Assembly (NCBI GenBank): GCA_964057225.1
Contig: OZ059894.1
Span: 2,480,001-2,544,000, forward strand
From: Auanema rhodensis
Lineage: Eukaryota; Animalia; Nematoda
Reading direction: 5' to 3'
Length of the DNA stretch: 64,000 bases
Shown here: positions 51,944 to 64,000 of the stretch, in pieces
Position numbering within the stretch: position 1 is the stretch's first letter
Layout: each line of letters opens with the position of its first letter
The notes under the pieces: model-generated
Databases searched by the model: none
What the model saw: the letters and a program-made list of their open reading frames with translations, nothing else
What the model was told of the DNA's origin: nothing
Position numbers and translations under genes: made by a program

Positions 51944-54900
51944 CAAAAACATTTTGACAAAAATTTTTTCGAAAAATTTCAGAATAATTTAGCGAAAAGT
52001 AGATGTTTTTAGATTCCTTTTTTCAAGGCAAAGACGATGGACATTGTTATTCAACGAAAAAATTAATTCTTCAGGGTGAAAATCGAGGATATAAGTGTGA
52101 ACATATATCAGTTGATATCTCGGTGCATTTTTAAGCTAGCGCAAATCTGATAACACAGATCGACGCAGCTTACAAATCCGCATCGAATGCACTATACTAC
52201 ATTAAGAAACGCCTAATACAAAAATTAGTTATGATCGTTTGAAAAATGATGCATTAGTGTATGTTGAGTTTCCATGTACACTCAACATTGCTTCCAAAAA
52301 CATTTTGACAAAAATTTTTTCGAAAAATTTCAAAATAATTTAGCAAAAAGTAGATGTTTTTAGATTCCTTTTTTCAAGGCGAAGACGATGGACATTGTTA
52401 TTCAACGAAAAAATTAATTCTTCAGGGTGAAAATCGAGGATATAAGTGTGATTTTATATCAGTTGATATCTCGGTGCATTTTTAAGCTAGCGCAAATCTG
52501 ATAACACAGATCGACGCAGCTTAAAAATCCGCATCGAATGCACTATACTACATTGAGAAACGCTTAATACAAAAATTAGTTATGATCGTTTGAAAAATGA
52601 TGCATTAGTGTATGTTGAGTTTCCATGTACACTCAACATTGCTTCCAAAAACATTTTGACAAAAATTTTTTCGAAAAATTTCAAAATAATTTAGCAGAAA
52701 GTAGATGTTTTTAGATTCATTTTGTCAAGGCGAAGACGATGGACATTGTTATTCAACGAAAAATTTAATTCTTCAGGGTGAAAATCGAGGATATAAGTGT
52801 GAACTTATATCAGTTGATATCTCGGTGCATTTTTAAGCTAGCGCAAATCTGATAACACAGATCGACGCAGCTTAAAAATCCGCATCGAATGCACTATTCT
52901 ACATTGAGAAACGCTCAATACAAAAATTAGTTATGATCGTTTGAAAAATGATGCATTAGTGTATGTTGAGTTTCCATGTACACTCAACATTGCTTCCAAA
53001 AACATTTTGACAAAAATTTTTTCGGAAAATTTCAAGATAATTTAGCAAAAAGTAGATGTTTTTAGATTCCTTTTTTCAAGGCAAAGACGATGGACATTGT
53101 TATTCAACGAAAAATGTAATTCTTCAGGGTGAAAATCGAGGATATAAGTGTGAACATATATCAGTTGATATCTCGGTGCATTTTTAAGCTAGCGCAAATC
53201 TGATAACACAGATCGACGCAGCTTAAAAATCCGCATCGAATGCACTATACTACATTGAGAAACGCTCAATACAAAAATTAGTTATGATCGTTTGAAAAAT
53301 GATGCATTAGTGTATGTTGAGTTTCCATGTACACTCAACATTGCTTCCAAAAACATTTTGACAAAAATTTTTTCGAAAAATTTCAAGATAATTTAGCGAA
53401 AAGTAGATGTTTTTAGATTCCTTTTTTCAAGGCGAAGACGATGGACATTGTTATTCAACGAAAAAATTAATTCTTCAGGGTGAAAATCGAGGATATAAGT
53501 GTGAACTTATATCAGTTGATATCTCGGTGCATTTCTAAGCTAGCGCAAATCTGATAACACAGATCGACGCAGCTTAAAAATCCGCATCGAATGCACTATA
53601 CTACATTGAGAAACGCTTAATACAAAAATTAGTTATGATCGTTTGAAAAATGATGCATTAGTGTATGTTGAGTTTCCATGTACACTCAACATTGCTTCCA
53701 AAAACATTTTGACAAAAATTTTTTCGAAAAATTTCAAAATAATTTAGCAAAAAGTAGATGTTTTTAGATTCCTTTTTTCAAGGCGAAGACGATGGACATT
53801 GTTATTCAACGAAAAAATTAATTCTTCAGGGTGAAAATCGAGGATATAAGTGTGATTTTAAATCAGTTGATATCTCGGTGCATTTCTAAGCTAGCGCAAA
53901 TCTGATAACACAGATCGACGCAGCTTAAAAATCCGCATCGAATGCACTATACTACATTGAGAAACGCTTAATACAAAAATTAGTTATGATCGTTTGAAAA
54001 ATGATGCATTAGTGTATGTTGAGTTTCCATGTACACTCAACATTGCTTCCAAAAACATTTTGACAAAAATTTTTTCGAAAAATTTCAAAATAATTTAGCA
54101 AAAAGTAGATGTTTTTAGATTCCTTTTTTCAAGGCGAAGACGATGGACATTGTTATTCAACGAAAAAATTAATTCTTCAGGGTGAAAATCGAGGATATAA
54201 GTGTGAACATATATCAGTTGATATCTCGGTGCATTTTTAAGCTAGCGCAAATCTGATAACACAGATCGACGCAGCTTACAAATCCGCATCGAATGCACTA
54301 TACTACATTAAAAAACGCCTAATACAAAAATTAGTTATGATCGTTTGAAAAATGATGCATTAGTGTATGTTGAGTTTCCATGTACACTCAACATTGCTTC
54401 CAAAAACATTTTGACAAAAATTTTTTCGAAAAATTTCAAAATAATTTAGCAAAAAGTAGATGTTTTTAGATTCCTTTTTTCAAGGCGAAGACGATGGACA
54501 TTGTTATTCAACGAAAAAATTAATTCTTCAGGGTGAAAATCGAGGATATAAGTGTGATTTTATATCAGTTGATATCTCGGTGCATTTTTAAGCTAGCGCA
54601 AATCTGATAACACAGATCGACGCAGCTTAAAAATCCGCATCGAATGCACTATACTACATTGAGAAACGCTTAATACAAAAATTAGTTATGATCGTTTGAA
54701 AAATGATGCATTAGTGTATGTTGAGTTTCCATGTACACTCAACATTGCTTCCAAAAACATTTTGACAAAAATTTTTTCGAAAAATTTCAAAATAATTTAG
54801 CAAAAAGTAGATGTTTTTAGATACCTTTTTTTAAGGCAAAGACGATGGACATTGTTATTCAACGAAAAAATTATTTCTTCAGGGTGAAAATCGAGGATAT

Positions 54901-55453
54901 AAGTGTGAACTTATATCAGTTGATATCTCGGTGCATTTTTAAGCTAGCGCAAATCTGATAACACAGATCGACGCAGCTTACAAATCCGCATCGAATGCAC
55001 TATACTACATTGAGAAACGCCTAATACAAAAATTAGTTATGATCGTTTGAAAAATGATGCATTAGTGTATGTTGAGTTTCCATGTACACTCAACATTGCT
55101 TCCAAAAACATTTTGACAAAAATTTTTTCGAAAAATTTCAAAATAATTTAGCAAAAAGTAGATGTTTTTAGATTCCTTTTTTCAAGGCAAAGACGATGGA
55201 CATTGTTATTCAACGAAAAAATTAATTCTTCAGGGTGAAAATCGAGGATATAAGTGTGATTTTATATCAGTTGATATCTCGGTGCATTTTTAAGCTAGCG
55301 CAAATCTGATAACACAGATCGACGCAGCTTAAAAATCCGCATCGAATGCACTATACTACATTGAGAAACGCTTAATACAAAAATTAGTTATGATCGTTTG
55401 AAAAATGATGCATTAGTGTATGTTGAGTTTCCATGTACACTCAACATTGCTTC

Positions 55454-58400
55454 CAAAAACATTTTGACAAAAATTTTTTCGAAAAATTTCAAAATAATTT
55501 AGCAAAAAGTAGATGTTTTTAGATACCTTTTTTTAAGGCAAAGACGATGGACATTGTTATTCAACGAAAAAATTATTTCTTCAGGGTGAAAATCGAGGAT
55601 ATAAGTGTGAACTTATATCAGTTGATATCTCGGTGCATTTTTAAGCTAGCGCAAATCTGATAACACAGATCGACGCAGCTTAAAAATCCGCATCGAATGC
55701 ACTATTCTACATTGAGAAACGCTCAATACAAAAATTAGTTATGATCGTTTGAAAAATGATGCATTAGTGTATGTTGAGTTTCCATGTACACTCAACATTG
55801 CTTCCAAAAACATTTTGACAAAAATTTTTTCGGAAAATTTCAAGATAATTTAGCAAAAAGTAGATGTTTTTAGATTCCTTTTTTCAAGGCAAAGACGATG
55901 GACATTGTTATTCAACGAAAAATGTAATTCTTCAGGGTGAAAATCGAGGATATAAGTGTGAACATATATCAGTTGATATCTCGGTGCATTTTTAAGCTAG
56001 CGCAAATCTGATAACACAGATCGACGCAGCTTAAAAATCCGCATCGAATGCACTATACTACATTGAGAAACGCTCAATACAAAAATTAGTTATGATCGTT
56101 TGAAAAATGATGCATTAGTGTATGTTGAGTTTCCATGTACACTCAACATTGCTTCCAAAAACATTTTGACAAAAATTTTTCCGAAAAATTTCAAGATAAT
56201 TTAGCGAAAAGTAGATGTTTTTAGATTCCTTTTTTCAAGGCGAAGACGATGGACATTGTTATTCAACGAAAAAATTAATTCTTCAGGGTGAAAATCGAGG
56301 ATATAAGTGTGAACTTATATCAGTTGATATCTCGGTGCATTTCTAAGCTAGCGCAAATCTGATAACACAGATCGACGCAGCTTAAAAATCCGCATCGAAT
56401 GCACTATACTACATTGAGAAACGCTTAATACAAAAATTAGTTATGATCGTTTGAAAAATGATGCATTAGTGTATGTTGAGTTTCCATGTACACTCAACAT
56501 TGCTTCCAAAAACATTTTGACAAAAATTTTTTCGAAAAATTTCAAAATAATTTAGCAAAAAGTAGATGTTTTTAGATTCCTTTTTTCAAGGCGAAGACGA
56601 TGGACATTGTTATTCAACGAAAAAATTAATTCTTCAGGGTGAAAATCGAGGATATAAGTGTGATTTTATATCAGTTGATATCTCGGTGCATTTCTAAGCT
56701 AGCGCAAATCTGATAACACAGATCGACGCAGCTTAAAAATCCGCATCGAATGCACTATACTACATTGAGAAACGCTTAATACAAAAATTAGTTATGATCG
56801 TTTGAAAAATGATGCATTAGTGTATGTTGAGTTTCCATGTACACTCAACATTGCTTCCAAAAACATTTTGACAAGAATTTTTTCGAAAAATTTCAAAATA
56901 ATTTAGCAAAAAGTAGATGTTTTTAGATTCCTTTTTTCAAGGCAAAGACGATGGACATTGTTATTCAACGAAAAAATTAATTCTTCAGGGTGAAAATCGA
57001 GGATATAAGTGTGAACTTATATCAGTTGATATCTCGGTGCATTTTTAAGCTAGCGCAAATCTGATAACACAGATCGACGCAGCTTAAAAATCCGCATCGA
57101 ATGCACTATACTACATTGAGAAACGCTTAATACAAAAATTAGTTATGATCGTTTGAAAAATGATGCATTAGTGTATGTTGAGTTTCCATGTACACTCAAC
57201 ATTGCTTCCAAAAACATTTTGACAAAAATTTTTTCGAAAAATTTCAAAATAATTTAGCAAAAAGTAGATGTTTTTAGATACCTTTTTTTAAGGCAAAGAC
57301 GATGGACATTGTTATTCAACGAAAAAATTATTTCTTCAGGGTGAAAATCGAGGATATAAGTGTGAACTTATATCAGTTGATATCTCGGTGCATTTTTAAG
57401 CTAGCGCAAATCTGATAACACAGATCGACGCAGCTTAAAAATCCGCATCGAATGCACTATTCTACATTGAGAAACGCTCAATACAAAAATTAGTTATGAT
57501 CGTTTGAAAAATGATGCATTAGTGTATGTTGAGTTTCCATGTACACTCAACATTGCTTCCAAAAACATTTTGACAAAAATTTTTTCGGAAAATTTCAAGA
57601 TAATTTAGCAAAAAGTAGATGTTTTTAGATTCCTTTTTTCAAGGCAAAGACGATGGACATTGTTATTCAACGAAAAATGTAATTCTTCAGGGTGAAAATC
57701 GAGGATATAAGTGTGAACATATATCAGTTGATATCTCGGTGCATTTTTAAGCTAGCGCAAATCTGATAACACAGATCGACGCAGCTTAAAAATCCGCATC
57801 GAATGCACTATACTACATTGAGAAACGCTCAATACAAAAATTAGTTATGATCGTTTGAAAAATGATGCATTAGTGTATGTTGAGTTTCCATGTACACTCA
57901 ACATTGCTTCCAAAAACATTTTGACAAAAATTTTTTCGAAAAATTTCAAGATAATTTAGCGAAAAGTAGATGTTTTTAGATTCCTTTTTTCAAGGCGAAG
58001 ACGATGGACATTGTTATTCAACGAAAAAATTAATTCTTCAGGGTGAAAATCGAGGATATAAGTGTGAACTTATATCAGTTGATATCTCGGTGCATTTCTA
58101 AGCTAGCGCAAATCTGATAACACAGATCGACGCAGCTTAAAAATCCGCATCGAATGCACTATACTACATTGAGAAACGCTTAATACAAAAATTAGTTATG
58201 ATCGTTTGAAAAATGATGCATTAGTGTATGTTGAGTTTCCATGTACACTCAACATTGCTTCCAAAAACATTTTGACAAAAATTTTTTCGAAAAATTTTAA
58301 AATAATTTAGCAAAAAGTAGATGTTTTTAGATTCCTTTTTTCAAGGCGAAGACGATGGACATTGTTATTCAACGAAAAAATTAATTCTTCAGGGTGAAAA

Positions 58401-58963
58401 TCGAGGATATAAGTGTGATTTTATATCAGTTGATATCTCGGTGCATTTCTAAGCTAGCGCAAATCTGATAACACAGATCGACGCAGCTTAAAAATCCGCA
58501 TCGAATGCACTATACTACATTGAGAAACGCTTAATACAAAAATTAGTTATGATCGTTTGAAAAATGATGCATTAGTGTATGTTGAGTTTCCATGTACACT
58601 CAACATTGCTTCCAAAAACATTTTGACAAAAATTTTTTCGAAAAATTTCAAAATAATTTAGCAAAAAGTAGATGTTTTTAGATTCCTTTTTTCAAGGCAA
58701 AGACGATGGACATTGTTATTCAACGAAAAAATTAATTCTTCAGGGTGAAAATCGAGGATATAAGTGTGAACTTATATCAGTTGATATCTCGGTGCATTTT
58801 TAAGCTAGCGCAAATCTGATAACACAGATCGACGCAGCTTAAAAATCCGCATCGAATGCACTATACTACATTGAGAAACGCTTAATACAAAAATTAGTTA
58901 TGATCGTTTGAAAAATGATGCATTAGTGTATGTTGAGTTTCCATGTACACTCAACATTGCTTC
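55454..58963 (+). repeat. 5-monomer higher-order repeat x2 (1755 bp)
   Basis: AGATACC at 55521/57276/59031 and TTCGGAAA...AAAATGTAAT at 55829/57584, offset 1755. Confidence 0.85.
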
Positions 58964-61900
58964 CAAAAACATTTTGACAAAAATTTTTTCGAAAAATTTC
59001 AAAATAATTTAGCAAAAAGTAGATGTTTTTAGATACCTTTTTTTAAGGCAAAGACGATGGACATTGTTATTCAACGAAAAAATTATTTCTTCAGGGTGAA
59101 AATCGAGGATATAAGTGTGAACTTATATCAGTTGATATCTCGGTGCATTTTTAAGCTAGCGCAAATCTGATAACACAGATCGACGCAGCTTAAAAATCCG
59201 CATCGAATGCACTATACTACATTGAGAAACGCTCAATACAAAAATTAGTTATGATCGTTTGAAAAATGATGAATTAGTGTATGTTGAGTTTCCATGTACA
59301 CTCAACATTGCTTCCAAAAACATTTTGACAAAAATTTTTTCGAAAAATTTCAAAATAATTTAGCGAAAAGTAGATGTTTTTAGATTCCTTTTTTCAAGGC
59401 GAAGACGATGGACATTGTTATTCAACGAAAAAATTAATTCTTCAGGGTGAAAATCGAGGATATAAGTGTGAACTTATATCAGTTGATATCTCGGTGCATT
59501 TTTAAGCTAGCGCAAATCTGATAACACAGATCGACGCAGCTTAAAAATCCGCATCGAATGCACTATACTACATTGAGAAACGCTTAATACAAAAATTAGT
59601 TATGATCGTTTGAAAAATGATGCATTAGTGTATGTTGAGTTTCCATGTACACTCAACATTGCTTCCAAAAACATTTTGACAAAAATTTTTTCGAAAAATT
59701 TCAAAATAATTTAGCAAAAAGTAGATGTTTTTAGATACCTTTTTTTAAGGCAAAGACGATGGACATTGTTATTCAACGAAAAAATTATTTCTTCAGGGTG
59801 AAAATCGAGGATATAAGTGTGAACTTATATCAGTTGATATCTCGGTGCATTTTTAAGCTAGCGCAAATCTGATAACACAGATCGACGCAGCTTAAAAATC
59901 CGCATCGAATGCACTATACTACATTGAGAAACGCTCAATACAAAAATTAGTTATGATCGTTTGAAAAATGATGAATTAGTGTATGTTGAGTTTCCATGTA
60001 CACTCAACATTGCTTCCAAAAACATTTTGACAAAAATTTTTTCGAGAAATTTCAAAATAATTTAGCGAAAAGTAGATGTTTTTAGATTCCTTTTTTCAAG
60101 GCGAAGACGATGGACATTGTTATTCAACGAAAAAATTAATTCTTCAGGGTGAAAATCGAGGATATAAGTGTGAACTTATATCAGTTGATATCTCGGTGCA
60201 TTTTTAAGCTAGCGCAAATCTGATAACACAGATCGACGCAGCTTAAAAATCCGCATCGAATGCACTATACTACATTGAGAAACGCTTAATACAAAAATTA
60301 GTTATGATCGTTTGAAAAATGATGCATTAGTGTATGTTGAGTTTCCATGTACACTCAACATTGCTTCCAAAAACATTTTGACAAAAATTTTTTCGAAAAA
60401 TTTCAAAATAATTTAGCAAAAAGTAGATGTTTTTAGATTCCTTTTTTCAAGGCAAAGACGATGGACATTGTTATTCAACGAAAAAATTAATTCTTCAGGG
60501 TGAAAATCGAGGATATAAGTGTGAACTTATATCAGTTGATATCTCGGTGCATTTTTAAGCTAGCGCAAATCTGATAACACAGATCGACGCAGCTTAAAAA
60601 TCCGCATCGAATGCACTATACTACATTGAGAAACGCTTAATACAAAAATTAGTTATGATCGTTTGAAAAATGATGCATTAGTGTATGTTGAGTTTCCATG
60701 TACACTCAACATTGCTTCCAAAAACATTTTGACAAAAATTTTTTCGAAAAATTTCAAAATAATTTAGCAAAAAGTAGATGTTTTTAGATTCCTTTTTTCA
60801 AGGCAAAGACGATGGACATTGTTATTCAACGAAAAAATTAATTCTTCAGGGTGAAAATCGAGGATATAAGTGTGAACTTATATCAGTTGATATCTCGGTG
60901 CATTTTTAAGCTAGCGCAAATCTGATAACACAGATCGACGCAGCTTAAAAATCCGCATCGAATGCATTATACTACATTGAGAAACGCTTAATACAAAAAA
61001 TTAGTTATGATCGTTTGAAAAATGATGCATTAGTGTATGTTGAGTTTCCATGTACACTCAACATTGCTTCCAAAAACATTTTGACAAAAATTTTTTCGAA
61101 AAATTTCAAAATAATTTAGCAAAAAGTAGATGTTTTTAGATTCCTTTTTTCAAGGCAAAGACGATGGACATTGTTATTCAACGAAAAAATTAATTCTTCA
61201 GGGTGAAAATCGAGGATATAAGTGTGAACATATATCAGTTGATATCTCGGTGCATTTTTAAGCTAGCGCAAATCTGATAACACAGATCGACGCAGCTTAA
61301 AAATCCGCATCGAATGCACTATACCACATTGAGAAACGCTCAATACAAAAATTAGTTATGATCGTTTGAAAAATGATGCATTAGTGTATGTTGAGTTTCC
61401 ATGTACACTCAACATTGCTTCCAAAAACATTTTGACAAAAATTTTTTCGAGAAATTTCAAAATAATTTAGCAAAAAGTAGATGTTTTTAGATTCCTTTTT
61501 TCAAGGCAAAGACGATGGACATTGTTATTCAACGAAAAAATTAATTCTTCAGGGTGAAAATCGAGGATATAAGTGTGAACATATATCAGTTGATATCTCG
61601 GTGCATTTTTAAGCTAGCGCAAATCTGATAACACAGATCGACGCAGCTTAAAAATCCGCATCGAATGCACTATACCACATTGAGAAACGCTCAATACAAA
61701 AATTAGTTATGATCGTTTGAAAAATGATGCATTAGTGTATGTTGAGTTTCCATGTACACTCAACATTGCTTCCAAAAACATTTTGACAAAAATTTTTTCG
61801 AGAAATTTCAAAATAATTTAGCAAAAAGTAGATGTTTTTAGATTCCTTTTTTCAAGGCAAAGACGATGGACATTGTTATTCAACGAAAAAATTAATTCTT

Positions 61901-62123
61901 CAGGGTGAAAATCGAGGATATAAGTGTGAACATATATCAGTTGATATCTCGGTGCATTTTTAAGCTAGCGCAAATCTGATAACACAGATCGACGCAGCTT
62001 AAAAATCCGCATCGAATGCACTATACCACATTGAGAAACGCTCAATACAAAAATTAGTTATGATCGTTTGAAAAATGATGCATTAGTGTATGTTGAGTTT
62101 CCATGTACACTCAACATTGCTTC

Positions 62124-64000
62124 CAAAAACATTTTGACAAAAATTTTTTCGAAAAATTTCAAAATAATTTAGCAAAAAGTAGATGTTTTTAGATTCCTTT
62201 TTTCAAGGCGAAGACGATGGACATTGTTATTCAACGAAAAAATTAATTCTTCAGGGTGAAAATCGAGGATATAAGTGTGAACTTATATCAGTTGATATCT
62301 CGGTGCATTTTTAAGCTAGCGCAAATCTGATAACACAGATCGACGCAGCTTACAAATCCGCATCGAATGCACTATACTACATTGAGAAACGCCTAATACA
62401 AAAATTAGTTATGATCGTTTGAAAAATGATGCATTAGTGTATGTTGAGTTTCCATGTACACTCAACATTGCTTCCAAAAACATTTTGACAAAAATTTTTT
62501 CGAAAAATTTCAAAATAATTTAGCGAAAAGTAGATGTTTTTAGATTCCTTTTTTCAAGGCAAAGACGATGGACATTGTTATTCAACGAAAAAATTAATTC
62601 TTCAGGGTGAAAATCGAGGATATAAGTGTGAACATATATCAGTTGATATCTCGGTGCATTTTTAAGCTAGCGCAAATCTGATAACACAGATCGACGCAGC
62701 TTACAAATCCGCATCGAATGCACTATACTACATTAAGAAACGCTCAATAGAAAAATTAGTTATGATCGTTTGAAAAATGATGCATTAGTGTATGTTGAGT
62801 TTCCATGTACACTCAACATTGCTTCCAAAAACATTTTGACAAAAATTTTTTCGAAAAATTTCAAAATAATTTAGCAAAAAGTAGATGTTTTTAGATACCT
62901 TTTTTTAAGGCAAAGACGATGGACATTGTTATTCAACGAAAAAATTATTTCTTCAGGGTGAAAATCGAGGATATAAGTGTGAACTTATATCAGTTGATAT
63001 CTCGGTGCATTTTTAAGCTAGCGCAAATCTGATAACACAGATCGACGCAGCTTAAAAATCCGCATCGAATGCACTATACTACATTGAGAAACGCTCAATA
63101 CAAAAATTAGTTATGATCGTTTGAAAAATGATGAATTAGTGTATGTTGAGTTTCCATGTACACTCAACATTGCTTCCAAAAACATTTTGACAAAAATTTT
63201 TTCGAGAAATTTCAAAATAATTTAGCAAAAAGTAGATGTTTTTAGATTCCTTTTTTCAAGGCGAAGACGATGGACATTGTTATTCAACGAAAAAATTAAT
63301 TCTTCAGGGTGAAAATCGAGGATATAAGTGTGAACTTATATCAGTTGATATCTCGGTGCATTTTTAAGCTAGCGCAAATCTGATAACACAGATCGACGCA
63401 GCTTACAAATCCGCATCGAATGCACTATACTACATTGAGAAACGCCTAATACAAAAATTAGTTATGATCGTTTGAAAAATGATGCATTAGTGTATGTTGA
63501 GTTTCCATGTACACTCAACATTGCTTCCAAAAACATTTTGACAAAAATTTTTTCGAAAAATTTCAAAATAATTTAGCGAAAAGTAGATGTTTTTAGATTC
63601 CTTTTTTCAAGGCAAAGACGATGGACATTGTTATTCAACGAAAAAATTAATTCTTCAGGGTGAAAATCGAGGATATAAGTGTGAACATATATCAGTTGAT
63701 ATCTCGGTGCATTTTTAAGCTAGCGCAAATCTGATAACACAGATCGACGCAGCTTACAAATCCGCATCGAATGCACTATACTACATTAAGAAACGCTCAA
63801 TAGAAAAATTAGTTATGATCGTTTGAAAAATGATGCATTAGTGTATGTTGAGTTTCCATGTACACTCAACATTGCTTCCAAAAACATTTTGACAAAAATT
63901 TTTTCGAAAAATTTCAAAATAATTTAGCAAAAAGTAGATGTTTTTAGATACCTTTTTTTAAGGCAAAGACGATGGACATTGTTATTCAACGAAAAAATTA
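62124..64000 (+). repeat. 3-monomer higher-order repeat (1053 bp), truncated by the window end
   Basis: TTACAAATCC...CATTAAGAAACGCTCAATAG at 62701/63754 and AGATACC at 62893/63946. Confidence 0.8.

Larger units (their letters stand above)
1..64000 (+). repeat. Satellite DNA tandem array, 351-bp monomer, ~182.3 head-to-tail copies
   Basis: CAAAAACATTTTGACAAAAA recurs at 1, 352, 703 ... 63879. The phase matches a 351-bp period with five 1-bp deletions (~2180, ~9550, ~49210, ~50262, ~51314) and one 1-bp insertion (~60999): 1+351x182-5+1=63879. No non-repeat sequence or inversion was seen, and the array runs off both ends of the window. Confidence 0.99.

Noticed and set aside
1-64000. Monomer length is a multiple of 3 (117 codons), suggesting a giant repeat protein
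   Set aside because: The frame I translated has several stops per monomer, and the six-frame track reports no other ORF.
1-64000. CRISPR array
   Set aside because: There are no unique spacers; the entire 351-bp unit repeats, and there are no cas genes.
1-64000. Tandem 5S rRNA, tRNA, snRNA or spliced-leader gene cluster
   Set aside because: No recognisable 5S, tRNA or snRNA sequence or Pol III A/B/C boxes were seen. This was judged by eye; an Rfam scan was not run.
1-64000. Rolling-circle or sequencing concatemer artefact
   Set aside because: Variants are shared hierarchically in ordered higher-order patterns rather than being random errors or identical copies, which points to a real evolved array.

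Overview
The whole 64,000-bp window is one uninterrupted head-to-tail tandem array of a 351-bp AT-rich monomer: 182 complete copies plus a 122-bp partial copy, about 32% GC by hand count of the consensus. All copies lie in the same orientation and differ mostly by a few substitutions. This is satellite DNA, most plausibly a eukaryotic (peri)centromeric or heterochromatic block. The lack of CpG depletion and the ~350-bp unit fit an invertebrate such as an insect, but the host cannot be identified from sequence alone. There are no credible genes, RNA genes, CRISPR arrays or inserted transposons. The single 63-aa ORF is a chance loss of a stop codon in one monomer. Two kinds of structure stand out. 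(1) Inside the monomer there are five or more inverted repeats, including a 67-nt stem-loop and a long-range pairing that could close a multibranch fold, plus a diverged internal direct repeat. (2) Across the array, shared variants show nested, locally changing higher-order repeats (2-, 3-, 4-, 5-, 6- and 8-mers and a 21/18-monomer segmental duplication). They also show chimeric crossover monomers, a strongly diverged dimer at ~47-48.4 kb and a sharp subfamily switch at ~51.7 kb.
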